IMG/VR virus record: IMGVR_UViG_3300037511_000230
Location: 1-41,544 of that record
Strand: one strand, 5' to 3'
Length of the DNA: 41,544 bases
Origin: a virus
Taxonomy: Duplodnaviria; Caudoviricetes
Within the stretch, counting starts at the first letter, position 1, and the number at the start of each line of letters is the position of its first letter. The notes beneath the pieces are model-generated. The model was not told where the DNA came from and ran no database searches. It saw only the letters and a list, made by a program, of their open reading frames with translations. Made by a program: the position numbers and the translations under genes. Positions 9,384 to 17,949 of this stretch are shown in pieces.

Positions 9384-9617
9384 TCAGATGTCCCCGAGGA
9401 CACTGGCTCGGGCCGTCCGCCTGTCACTCGTCCGGCGGAAGTCCTCCTCCTCGGACACGAGCCGTGTCACCTCCTCCAGGGTGAAGGACAGCAGGGCCCT
9501 GTCCCGGGGCGCCATGTCCCGGATGATGTCCCGGGCGGTGTCCGGCTCGTCCGCGAGAACGGCCGTGAACGCCCGGACCATGTCCATGTCCTCGGCCCGC
9601 TCCAGTCGAATGTCCAT
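9384..9617 (-). CDS. hypothetical protein (77 aa)
   Basis: GACCAAGGGAGAACGATCATG start context. Confidence 0.7.
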   Translation of the reverse strand: MDIRLERAEDMDMVRAFTAVLADEPDTARDIIRDMAPRDRALLSFTLEEVTRLVSEEEDFRRTSDRRTARASVLGDI

Positions 9618-9860
9618 GATCGTTCTCCCTTGGTCGATGCTCTCTGTGCTGTATACCTACACGGTTACCGTCCGTGTCATTTTGCTAAACCTACCTGTCC
9701 GTAGCGTAGCCGTGTCCGGAGGTTCCCTTCTGAGGAACGAACAGGACCACCCCCTCACACTCCCAAGGGGTGGTCCGAGTTCGCAGTCGCCCAGGTCAGG
9801 CAGTGGTTTTATCAAATCGGGCATTCCGGGCGGCTGGCCGGACCGTATGCCTATACGGCG
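9615..9860 (-). repeat. copy 1 of ~250-bp inverted-repeat regulatory element
   Basis: 9651-9710 is identical to the reverse complement of 29778-29837; flanking blocks also match. Confidence 0.9.
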
Positions 9861-9871
9861 ATCCTGTATAT

Positions 9872-10525
9872 CTACGCGCCGCGCCCGGCCGTGGAGTGCC
9901 GGTTGGGGCTGGCGTTCCAGTTCCAGGTCTTGGCGTCCAGGTGCTCGATAGTCACTGGGGGCTGGCCGATGTCCGGCACACCGTCCAGCAGCCGGATCAG
10001 GTAGTCCTCGTCCTCGCCCCGGTACCGGCCGCCGTCCAGCGTGTACCCGGGGCGGAAGCCACCGATCCCCCGGACCAGACCGGTCAGCACGAGGTGCGTC
10101 ATGGGAATGAATGAGCCGTACGCCCGCAGGTGCGCCTCGTGCTCCGGCGACCACCGCAGCCCCCACGGGCTGACCGGGAACCGGCCCTGGTGCGTGAGCG
10201 CGGTCGGGTCGGTTCCGCCGATCATCCTCGGCCTCGGGTACACCAGCCCCGGCTTGAACGGCGACTGCTCCAGCACCCGCATGCACGCCCGCAGGTGATG
10301 AGGCTGGAGGGTGTCGTCATCGTCGAGCCAGGCGATCACGTCCGTCGTCACCCGGGCCAGCGCCCGGTTGCGGGCCGCCCACGCGCCGGTCCGCTCGCTG
10401 TCCCGCTCGACCACGATCTGATCGGGCAGCCGGGTCTGCGCGTGCACGGACGTCCGGGCCCGGTCCAGCAGGGCCTCCCGGCCAGGGATCGTGGGTATGC
10501 AGACTGCGACTGTCAGGCGGGCCAC
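9872..10525 (-). CDS. glycosyltransferase family 2 (GT-A)
   Basis: VAVCIPTIPGR, GAWAARNRAL, IAWLDDDD, IGGF, GEDEDY; resembles the GT at 3122-3718. Confidence 0.85.
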   Translation of the reverse strand: MARLTVAVCIPTIPGREALLDRARTSVHAQTRLPDQIVVERDSERTGAWAARNRALARVTTDVIAWLDDDDTLQPHHLRACMRVLEQSPFKPGLVYPRPRMIGGTDPTALTHQGRFPVSPWGLRWSPEHEAHLRAYGSFIPMTHLVLTGLVRGIGGFRPGYTLDGGRYRGEDEDYLIRLLDGVPDIGQPPVTIEHLDAKTWNWNASPNRHSTAGRGA

Positions 10526-10689
10526 GGCTGCCTCCCCATGCGCTCGGTCCAGCACCCGTTCGCGACACAGTCCGAACCGATGCACGCACACATCCGGCTG
10601 TCCCGCACCACCTGGTTGAACTGCCGGGCGGTCACCTTCCGGCGTCCCCGCTTCACCTGGTGCAGAGCTTTCTCCACGGTCGTCCTCAT
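10513..10689 (-). CDS. small Cys-containing hypothetical protein (58 aa)
   Basis: MRTTVEKALHQVKRG...MCACIGSDCVANGCW; ATGA overlap with the upstream gene; fills the gap. Confidence 0.5.
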   Translation of the reverse strand: MRTTVEKALHQVKRGRRKVTARQFNQVVRDSRMCACIGSDCVANGCWTERMGRQPWPA

Positions 10690-11495
10690 GGACAGCTCCT
10701 GATCTTCTCGTCGGGGTCGTCCGGCGGGGTCCAGTGACTGGTGCCCTGGTCCCCCGGGTACACCCGGCCGTAGTCGAGCGGGTCGTGCGGGAACTCGGCC
10801 CGCGCCTCCTCCAGGATGCGCTCGTGCTCAGCCGACCGGCTGACGGCCGTGTCCAGCGTGGCGCGGACGTCGTCGTCCGAGTAGACGATCTCCTCCGGCA
10901 GGCCGAACGCCTCGGCGACCAGGGACCGGTAGCGGCGGCGCCGGTCCTCCGCTGAGATCATCCGGTCCAGGACAGAAGGAGAGGACACCTGCCGCAGGGC
11001 CTCCTGGAACGACATGATCCCTTGTGCGGCGTTCTCCATGACCGGGGCCATCTGGGTCCTGATCACCTCCAGCGGGGCCCAGTGGCTGGTGTCCCGGCGC
11101 AGCGCCTCGTGCCGCGCCTCGTGCCGGGCCCGGCGCTCCTCCACCGTCTCGAACGACTGCTCCAGCACGTCCTTGAGCCAGCCGAGCCGGTCCGCCGGGC
11201 AGCGCAGGCGCAGCTCGGTGATGGCCTCCGGCTCGGGTACGGAGATCATCACCGGGGGGTCCAGGCTGAACTCGAACACCGGCACCGGCCGGACCAGCCG
11301 GTGAGCCGACCACCCCGGGGAGACCGTGTTCAGGAACTCAGCGATGTCCAGGGACCGGCCCCGGCGCTCGTTCCCGACGCGCCGCGTCTGCCGGATCTCG
11401 ACCCGCTCCCCGAGGGCGTTCCGGAACTGGACCAGCTCGCCCTCGCCCTCGTACACCAGCTCGCCGCCGTCGCCGACGATACGGATCAGGGGCAT
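10686..11495 (-). CDS. hypothetical protein
   Basis: MPLIRIVGDGG..., overlapping the upstream stop. Confidence 0.7.
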   Translation of the reverse strand: MPLIRIVGDGGELVYEGEGELVQFRNALGERVEIRQTRRVGNERRGRSLDIAEFLNTVSPGWSAHRLVRPVPVFEFSLDPPVMISVPEPEAITELRLRCPADRLGWLKDVLEQSFETVEERRARHEARHEALRRDTSHWAPLEVIRTQMAPVMENAAQGIMSFQEALRQVSSPSVLDRMISAEDRRRRYRSLVAEAFGLPEEIVYSDDDVRATLDTAVSRSAEHERILEEARAEFPHDPLDYGRVYPGDQGTSHWTPPDDPDEKIRSCP

Positions 11496-11740
11496 GGCGC
11501 ATCGACCTGTGCGGTCCAGATGGCGTCCGGGCCGCCCTGCGGGCCACACAGACGGACCTGGTTGTCCCGGCGGAGCCTGTCCAGGCTGAGCCAGATCTTC
11601 GACTTCTCCTGGCCGAGCGCGTCGGCCAGCACGTTGCGGGTCTGGGGGCCGTGCTCGGTCAGGTACGCCAGCACGGCGTTGTCCCGGTCGATGGTCTCCT
11701 GCGGCCGGGGACGGCCCCGGGGCCGCTTGGTCTCACTCAT
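11486..11740 (-). CDS. AT-hook plus winged-HTH DNA-binding protein
   Basis: RPRGRPR AT-hook then VLAYLTEHGPQTRNVLADALGQEKSKIWLSLDRL; GGAGGAG RBS. Confidence 0.7.
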   Translation of the reverse strand: MSETKRPRGRPRPQETIDRDNAVLAYLTEHGPQTRNVLADALGQEKSKIWLSLDRLRRDNQVRLCGPQGGPDAIWTAQVDAPCP

Positions 11741-11772
11741 GGTGTTCTCCTCCATTTCCGTGGTCATTTACC

Positions 11773-12078
11773 TTAACCGGTGTTACCCCGGGCGGAGCTC
11801 CACGAACCGGCCGGGACATTCAGCAGCCCCGTGTTCCTGACCAGTGCGTCGGCCTTGTCGGGGTCCAGCCCGGCCGAGGTGATGACGGGTATCTCCTCCG
11901 TCACGGCCCAGGAAGGCACGTGCCGCAGGGGCTGGGTCCCCGGGGGCCGCTCGGCCAGTGCGTCCCGGTCCCCGGCCAGCACACGGTAGTGGTGCTCCAG
12001 TTCCTGGTACCGGCGCAGCAGGTCCAGAAAGACCCTGCGCCGGACCAGGAGGGGTGCCTTGCGGCGGTGACGGCCCAT
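11773..12078 (-). CDS. hypothetical protein
   Basis: MGRHRRKAPLL... start coupled to the GH16 stop. Confidence 0.55.
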   Translation of the reverse strand: MGRHRRKAPLLVRRRVFLDLLRRYQELEHHYRVLAGDRDALAERPPGTQPLRHVPSWAVTEEIPVITSAGLDPDKADALVRNTGLLNVPAGSWSSARGNTG

Positions 12079-12980
12079 CAGCCGCTGTACCGGTAGCAGG
12101 TGAGCCAGCTCGTCATGACGTCCACGGACGACCCCCGGGCCGCGTACCCTCCGTCCAGGCTGGACTCGTTCTGGAGCACCCAGTCGGCCGCGTCCGGGAA
12201 GTCGGCCGACACCGTCTTGACGAGCCTGCCGTCCAGATAGAAGCGGACCTTGCCGGGGACGATCTCCGTGCTGAAGGTGTGCCAGGCGGTCCAGGAGGAG
12301 TTGGGCGCGACGTCGGCCCCCGACTCCGCGAACCCGTGCGTGAACTCCGAGATCGGGTCCGTGCTGAAGTTGCCCCCGGCTTCGGGGTAGTCGATCTCGT
12401 TCGGGGTGTAGCGCAGGTGGGCCATCTTGAAGCCGTCGGTGCGGGCGGTGATCCGGGTCCGCTCGGTGAACTTGCCGTAGCGGATGTTCATGCACTGCCG
12501 GGGCACCGGGGCGGCCACGTGGTTGTCCCCGGTGGACGGCCGGAACATGTGGACCTTGAGCTGGCCGTCACCGGCGGAGTCCTTGACCACGCTCATGGTG
12601 GTGTCCGGCCTGTACTCCCCGCCGAAGGTCCGGTCGTTGCCGTTGCTGTGGTTCCGGGGGTTGGCGGTGTCGTACCAGCCCCTCGGGTACGCCCCGAGGC
12701 TGCTGTAGTAGCTGGGGTACTTGGTCTTGAGCCCGGCGCAGCGGAAGTCTCCGTCACCGGCGCAGCCGCTGAAGGCTCCCACCGGCACCTGCACCGCGTT
12801 GAAGTTCAGGGCGCTCACCTGGGTGAAGGAGCCACAGTTGCCCTTGGGCATGGCGTTGCGGGTGACGTGACAGGCGTCCTGGGAGGGGAAGGTGTCAGCA
12901 GCCGGGGCCGCTGAGGCAGAGGCCAGCAGAAGGGCCCCCACGGCGATGAACGCCATGAGGGCCCTGCGGAAGAGGCTCAT
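12078..12980 (-). CDS. secreted glycoside hydrolase family 16-like (ConA/jelly-roll) protein
   Basis: Signal peptide; YGKFTER, EIDYPE (EIDxxE catalytic motif), WHTFSTEIVPGKVRFYLDG. Confidence 0.75.
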   Translation of the reverse strand: MSLFRRALMAFIAVGALLLASASAAPAADTFPSQDACHVTRNAMPKGNCGSFTQVSALNFNAVQVPVGAFSGCAGDGDFRCAGLKTKYPSYYSSLGAYPRGWYDTANPRNHSNGNDRTFGGEYRPDTTMSVVKDSAGDGQLKVHMFRPSTGDNHVAAPVPRQCMNIRYGKFTERTRITARTDGFKMAHLRYTPNEIDYPEAGGNFSTDPISEFTHGFAESGADVAPNSSWTAWHTFSTEIVPGKVRFYLDGRLVKTVSADFPDAADWVLQNESSLDGGYAARGSSVDVMTSWLTCYRYSG

Positions 12981-13096
12981 CGGTGGTCCTCGGGGTCGGG
13001 AGTGGTCCGGCCCGAGACTAGCTCACCACCCCCGGACAGCGGCGGCCACGAGGAGCGTGGCCAGCAGCACGATCACCACCGCGAAGGCGGTCCAGC

Positions 13097-13225
13097 TCAC
13101 CCGAGCACCATCTTCACCACGGTCGTCAGGCCCAGGATCACGAGGGCCGTCAGGGCCCCGGCCAGGAAGAGCTGTACGTAGCTGGCCCTGTCGAGCCAGG
13201 ATGCGACCCTTCGGACTGTGCTCAT
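13097..13225 (-). CDS. small membrane protein (42 aa)
   Basis: MSTVRRVASW...LFLAGALTALVILGL, single TM. Confidence 0.5.
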   Translation of the reverse strand: MSTVRRVASWLDRASYVQLFLAGALTALVILGLTTVVKMVLG

Positions 13226-13239
13226 GTTCCGTGTTCCTC

Positions 13240-13521
13240 TCAGGTGCGGTAGATGTACCAGCTGAGCAGGTCGTCCATCTCTTCCCGCTCTTCCGGGGTC
13301 AGGTCGTCGTCCGGCCGGGCCAGGAGCACCTTGAGGCGCTCCCGGCGCAGCTTCTCCCTGCGGCTCTGTCCGGCGGAGTGGTCGATGCCGGGGCCGGGCT
13401 GGCACTCGGGGCAGGGACACCCCGAGGCGTGGCCCCGTTCCGCTCTCCGGTCCTTGCAGCCCGGACAGGCGCACTGCGCCCAGGTGATGCCCTCCAGGAC
13501 GGGAGGCGGCTGCTCAGACAC
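13240..13521 (-). CDS. small Cys-rich hypothetical protein
   Basis: CACPGC and CPCPEC motifs; GGAG RBS before GTG. Confidence 0.55.
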   Translation of the reverse strand: MSEQPPPVLEGITWAQCACPGCKDRRAERGHASGCPCPECQPGPGIDHSAGQSRREKLRRERLKVLLARPDDDLTPEEREEMDDLLSWYIYRT

Positions 13522-13822
13522 GATGCTCCACCCCCGGGTGTCCAGCGGAGACACAGTCCGGTCGACTGGGCCCCGAGGGGTCGCATCGGCATTCGCCGAG
13601 CCCGTACCCGGCCGGGAGCCCCTGACGGACGTTCTCCCGGCGCCACCACTGCTCGGCCCCGGCCCGGCTCCGGCAGTTCAGGCAGTAGTGCTGTCCCAGC
13701 CGGTCCGGGGCGTGCCAGCCCTTGTCGCGGGCCTGCTGCTCCATGACGGCCTGGGTCGGCCGCCCCTCCCAGGTGAGTTGCCGTCCGCAGCCGCCGTCAC
13801 AGGCCATGACGCGTTTGACCAT
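13514..13822 (-). CDS. putative Zn-binding hypothetical protein
   Basis: CDGGC...ARDKGW...HYCLNC pattern common in actinophage small proteins. Confidence 0.6.
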   Translation of the reverse strand: MVKRVMACDGGCGRQLTWEGRPTQAVMEQQARDKGWHAPDRLGQHYCLNCRSRAGAEQWWRRENVRQGLPAGYGLGECRCDPSGPSRPDCVSAGHPGVEHRV

Positions 13823-13959
13823 CACGCCCTCCCGGTCTGCACGGCGTACAGGATCATGACGGCCATGGCCACCAGCAGCCAGAAGCCCGGCTGGCTGAAG
13901 ACCGTACGGCGGTGCCTGCGGGAACCCCTCCGGCCGCAGGACCGGCACCGGCGGCTCAT
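13822..13959 (-). CDS. small membrane protein (45 aa)
   Basis: MSRRCRSCG...FWLLVAMAVMILYAV; coupled to neighbours at both ends. Confidence 0.5.
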   Translation of the reverse strand: MSRRCRSCGRRGSRRHRRTVFSQPGFWLLVAMAVMILYAVQTGRA

Positions 13960-14417
13960 CACGTCACCGGCGAGTTGATGTAGGCGTCCCGGATGGCCGG
14001 GTCGTGCGTGGCGGCCTGTGCCAGCGCACGCCGGGCAGGCATCGGCAGCACCGTCATCCGGGTGCGCCGGTCCTGCGTGGTGAGGGACTCCACCATCTCG
14101 AACGGGGTGTCCACTCGCGACACCCGGACCAGGTCACGCTCGTCGGGGACGTCACTGGCCCCGCAGTTGACCACGTACAGCTCCCGGTCCGACGTCTTGA
14201 AGATGCGCAGCTCGGTCCAGCGGCAGGTGGAGCAGTGCACACCCCTCGGGGCCCACTCGGTGGCCGGGTGGCCCTTGTGCTCCGGCCGGAAGCTGGAGCC
14301 CATGCCGAGGAACACACCGTCGATGGTGTGGACGGCCCCGTCCCGGTCAGCGAAGACCCAGGTGGCCATGTCACCGTGTTCGTCCGGTGCGGGCAGCTCG
14401 TGTCGGATGTCGCTCAT
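13959..14417 (-). CDS. hypothetical protein
   Basis: GAGGAG RBS; CSTCRW motif. Confidence 0.7.
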   Translation of the reverse strand: MSDIRHELPAPDEHGDMATWVFADRDGAVHTIDGVFLGMGSSFRPEHKGHPATEWAPRGVHCSTCRWTELRIFKTSDRELYVVNCGASDVPDERDLVRVSRVDTPFEMVESLTTQDRRTRMTVLPMPARRALAQAATHDPAIRDAYINSPVT

Positions 14418-14479
14418 GGTCGTGACTCCTCGTCCCGTGGTCGCGTGATCCCCGAGGGGGATGGTACCCAGGATGGCAG

Positions 14480-15313
14480 TCATGACCGGGGCTCAAGCTG
14501 CTTGGTGCGCTTGCCGGAGTTGTAGAGCTTGATCACGTACCGGTAGGCGGCCTCGGTGCGGCTGATGCCGGTCGCGGCCCGGTAGGCCATCACGTTGGCC
14601 TTGAAGGTCTGCGGGGTCTCGGTGGCCGCGAGCTTCTTGGCGAAGGTGACGACGTCGACCGCGCTGCCGTGCCGGTGGAACAGCAGCCCGAGCCCGTCCA
14701 CGGCTTCGGCGGACGCGGCCCCGTCCCGGTAGCCCCAGCTGCGGGCCAGCAGCTCGAAGGCCCTGTCCAGAGCGCTCATGCCGTCGGGGAGCTTGATGAT
14801 CCGCTGTGCGGTGCTGATGGCGGTGAACCGGCGCTCCCGGGAGCCGGAGTCGCTGGCCTCGTACCCGTGCCGGGCGATGACCGAGTTCAGCTCCACGGCC
14901 CACTCGTGCCGGGCGACCAGCGCCAGACGGAACAGGTCGATCTTGCGGACCGCCGCCCGGTCGTTGTGCTCGATGAAGATCTCGGCTTCCTGGGCCCGGG
15001 TGAGGTTGTGGAACACCTGGCACACGACGGGCATCTTGGTGTCGTCGGTGCCGGTGAACTTGCGGATGGCCGCGAGCCGGGTCTGGCCGTCGAGCACGAC
15101 GTACCGGGTGAACTTCGTGTTCGTCTCGGGGTCCAGGCTGTCCCGGGCGGACACGATCAGCACGCCGAGGGCGGCCTCGTGGAAGTCGGCCGCGAGCTTG
15201 GCCACGCGGCTCTCGTTGAGCTTGCGCTGGACGTGGACGTCCACGTCGAGCAGGTTGGCGGGCAGGGTCTCGATGGTGAACCGTCGGCCCTCGGCCTCTC
15301 CGGGAATGGTCAT
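14480..15313 (-). CDS. ParB/Srx-like N-terminal domain protein (DUF6551-like)
   Basis: VQRKLNESRVAKLAADF...LGVLIVS...VLDGQTRLAA...EAEIF. Confidence 0.75.
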   Translation of the reverse strand: MTIPGEAEGRRFTIETLPANLLDVDVHVQRKLNESRVAKLAADFHEAALGVLIVSARDSLDPETNTKFTRYVVLDGQTRLAAIRKFTGTDDTKMPVVCQVFHNLTRAQEAEIFIEHNDRAAVRKIDLFRLALVARHEWAVELNSVIARHGYEASDSGSRERRFTAISTAQRIIKLPDGMSALDRAFELLARSWGYRDGAASAEAVDGLGLLFHRHGSAVDVVTFAKKLAATETPQTFKANVMAYRAATGISRTEAAYRYVIKLYNSGKRTKQLEPRS

Positions 15314-15422
15314 GGTCTGTGGTCCTTTGGTCTGTGGGCCCCGTCGGCCGGGGCCGGTGGGTGGTGCATCACTGTGATGGGTACCGTCATTAGACGAAAC
15401 CGAAACACGAGGAGACCACGGA

Positions 15423-16121
15423 ATGAAGATCATGGGAGTGGACCCGAGCATCACCCGCACTGGCATCAGCCTGCCGGACACATCGACGTTCACCGTCAAG
15501 CCGCCCAGGCCGGTCACCGGGGACGACCGGCTGGAGTACTTCGCCGACCACATCCTGATCGCGGCACGGACGGCACGGGTGGACCTGGTGGTGATGGAGG
15601 ACGCGCCCACCACCCTGCTCGGCAACGCGGGCCGGGTGCTGCTGCACCTCCAGGGGTCCATCCGGCTGGACCTGAAGCGTCACCGGATCCCGTACATGAT
15701 CCTCAGCCCGAGCACGCTGAAGAAGTTCGCCACCGGCTCCGGGGCGGCCGACAAGGACGCCATGGCCGCCTCGGCCCTCCAGCTCCTCGGCCGGACCTAC
15801 GAGACCAACGACGAGTGCGACGCCGACTGGCTGCGGATCGCGGGCCGGATGGCGTACGGGTTCGGGGAGTACGTGCCCCGGTGGGACGCGGACCGGCCTG
15901 AAGGCCTGCGTATGCCTCAGGAACAGCTCCAGGCACTGCGCTGGGCAGGCACCGGCAAGAAGCGGCACGCCATCTTCTGGCCCGAAGTCGGCGGCCGGAG
16001 GCCCTGGCCGCTGATCGGCCTGCGGGGCGTCGTCCTGTACGACGAAGGGCAGCCCCACGCACCCGGCAAGGCCGTGCTGTGCCAGATGTGCGCCTCGGTC
16101 GGGCACACGGTCTGCCGCTGA
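15423..16121 (+). CDS. ruvC: RuvC-like Holliday junction resolvase
   Basis: IMGVDPSITRTG, VVMED, PSTLKKFATGSGAADK, NDECDA. Confidence 0.85.
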   Translation: MKIMGVDPSITRTGISLPDTSTFTVKPPRPVTGDDRLEYFADHILIAARTARVDLVVMEDAPTTLLGNAGRVLLHLQGSIRLDLKRHRIPYMILSPSTLKKFATGSGAADKDAMAASALQLLGRTYETNDECDADWLRIAGRMAYGFGEYVPRWDADRPEGLRMPQEQLQALRWAGTGKKRHAIFWPEVGGRRPWPLIGLRGVVLYDEGQPHAPGKAVLCQMCASVGHTVCR

Positions 16122-16130
16122 GGACAGCCA

Positions 16131-16165
16131 ACAGCCCCGGCCCAATGTCGGAGGGCCGGGGCTGT
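16131..16165. terminator. hairpin between convergent genes
   Basis: ACAGCCCCGGCCC-9 nt-GGGCCGGGGCTGT 13-bp stem. Confidence 0.7.
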
Positions 16166-16178
16166 CGGGGTGCGGGTG

Positions 16179-16622
16179 CTACGCCTTGGCGAACGGGTCG
16201 GCGGGCTCGCTCTTCTTCCCTGCGAGGTAGTCCCGAGCGGCCTGCGCCTGCTCCGCGTTCGGCTCGGCCAGCACCCACGGTGCGGACTGGTTCTTCTTCT
16301 GGCGCGCGGTGTCCTGGATCAGGACACCGAGCGTCATCTTCGGGTGGCCTGTCTTCTCGTCCACCCCGTTCCGCTCGTTGAACTTCGCCTGGCTCTTGAG
16401 CGCACCGATCAGCATGCGCTGGAACACCAGGGTGTCCTCGATCTCCTCCGGGCCCTCCGGCCCGTCCAGGACGACGAAGTCGACACGGACGGTGTCCGTG
16501 TCCCCGAAGGTCGTCGGGAAGGACTCGACGTACTCCGTGGGAGTGACGAGCAGGAGTCGTCCCTCGTACTCGGTGATGCCTGCTCCGCCGTCGGATCCGG
16601 ACTTGAACGGGTCGTCGCTCAT
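16179..16622 (-). CDS. putative ssDNA-binding/recombination accessory protein
   Basis: Beta-rich core with acidic DPF ends, next to the exonuclease; the function is inferred from context. Confidence 0.5.
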   Translation of the reverse strand: MSDDPFKSGSDGGAGITEYEGRLLLVTPTEYVESFPTTFGDTDTVRVDFVVLDGPEGPEEIEDTLVFQRMLIGALKSQAKFNERNGVDEKTGHPKMTLGVLIQDTARQKKNQSAPWVLAEPNAEQAQAARDYLAGKKSEPADPFAKA

Positions 16623-16767
16623 GGGCTTCCTCTTTCGCTTGATCGTGCTCTGGATGGTGAGGCGGGGCCGCCGTCTTCACGTCCCCGGAAGGATCATCGG
16701 GCGGCCCCGGTCGTACACCTGAAGCCTACCGGCCCCGGTGATTAGCTAAACCGGGTTCCGGAGCAGG

Positions 16768-17949
16768 TCAGGCGCCTTTTTCGACGAGGCTGTCCAGCCG
16801 GTCCTTCATGATCTGGACCAGCCGGTCGACCTCGGCCTTGGGGGTGCGGGCGGCCACGGCTTCCTTCCAGACGGCCGAGGCGGCCTCCTGGGTGGTGACG
16901 ATGCGCGCTTTGTCCTCCAGGGTCACCGGCCGGGAGGTGATGACCTCCCGCGCACGGGCCGCCGCACGCTGCATGGGCTCGTTGGACGGCTCGGGGGTTT
17001 CCTCCACATCGGCCACGGTGAGCGGCGTGGCGAGGTTGCCCTTCTTGCGGGTGGCGCGGACCTGCTCGCACAGCACCGCCGCCGCCCATCCGGCGTCCAG
17101 GTCAATGGCGAACAGCGTCGCCAGGTCGGCGCCCTCCTTGCGGTCCACCGGCAGGTGAGGCACGAGCGCGACGTCCGTGCGCACCTTGAGCAGCACGTCG
17201 GGGTTGTCGGGCAGGGTGGGCTTGCCCCAGGTACGGGTGTTCCAGTCCCACACACCCGAGGTGTTCAACCCCTGAGCGTAGATGGCCAGTTGGATACAGA
17301 TCTCCATCCAGCCGTAGCTGAGGTCCGCCCCGGTCTTGACGTCGCCGATGACGTACTCGCCCGAGTACAGGGTGACGGTCCGCTTGTTGATCTTGAAAGT
17401 GATGTCCCGCGTCACCCTGTAGCAGCGGTCCGAGGTGCCCGCGATCTCGTACTGGACGACACCTGTGGAGAATTCGATCAGCCCAGGGACGGGCTCCAGC
17501 CCGAAGTCCCGCAGCAGCAGCTCGTACGCGTCCACCGTCGGCCGCAGGTCGTCGGGGATGGCCTTGGCCTGGACCGGCATGCCGACCAGAGCCTTGTCCC
17601 GGTCCTCCGTGAAGGAGTGAACGGCGGTACCGAGGTTGGCTGCGACCTTGTTCCCGGCCGCCTTCTTCGCGTCCTCCACGAGGGTGTTGACGCGGTCCTT
17701 GTCCTGCTTGACGTCCAGGGTGGACACGGCGGCCACGATGTCCGGCCGCAGTGCCGCGCCCTTGAGCGTCATCCGCTGTGCCCACTGGGACAGGGCGAAC
17801 GTGTCCTGGATGGACTTGGCGAAGGTGGTGGCCCGGGTCCAGTTGACAGGCTTGCCGGTGACGGGGTGGAGCATCTTGTAACGGCCGTAGCGGTCGTACT
17901 TGTCCGACTCGCTGGCGGTCTGCTTGGGGGTGCTGAAGGCGTCAGGCAC
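16768..17949 (-). CDS. PD-(D/E)XK (Cas4/RecE-like) exonuclease; own GTG start, also in frame with the upstream ORF
   Basis: RATTFAK, AANLGTAVH, IAGTSDR, IGDVKTG, IQLAIYA; GAGGA RBS before the GTG at 17949. Confidence 0.8.
   Translation of the reverse strand: MPDAFSTPKQTASESDKYDRYGRYKMLHPVTGKPVNWTRATTFAKSIQDTFALSQWAQRMTLKGAALRPDIVAAVSTLDVKQDKDRVNTLVEDAKKAAGNKVAANLGTAVHSFTEDRDKALVGMPVQAKAIPDDLRPTVDAYELLLRDFGLEPVPGLIEFSTGVVQYEIAGTSDRCYRVTRDITFKINKRTVTLYSGEYVIGDVKTGADLSYGWMEICIQLAIYAQGLNTSGVWDWNTRTWGKPTLPDNPDVLLKVRTDVALVPHLPVDRKEGADLATLFAIDLDAGWAAAVLCEQVRATRKKGNLATPLTVADVEETPEPSNEPMQRAAARAREVITSRPVTLEDKARIVTTQEAASAVWKEAVAARTPKAEVDRLVQIMKDRLDSLVEKGA

Larger units (their letters stand above)
7110..9720. 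repeat. dense GGACA/TGTCC motif field embedded in coding and intergenic DNA
   Basis: Hand count gives about 30 copies in 8389-8822 and about 22 in 9168-9615; also dense at 7110-7650 but sparse in 7816-8328. Confidence 0.9.

Noticed and set aside
8385-9620. Repeat-rich stretch as a CRISPR array or simple tandem repeat
   Set aside because: The motifs are 5-6 bp, irregularly spaced and on both strands; there is no constant repeat-spacer period and no cas operon.
13023-13100. 25-aa hydrophobic micro-ORF (also a 29-aa ORF at 33157-33246)
   Set aside because: Plausible from start-stop coupling but too short to support from sequence alone.
16768-17949. Cas4-like nuclease as evidence of a CRISPR system
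   Set aside because: It is a stand-alone phage recombination-type exonuclease beside SSB-like, RuvC and helicase genes.
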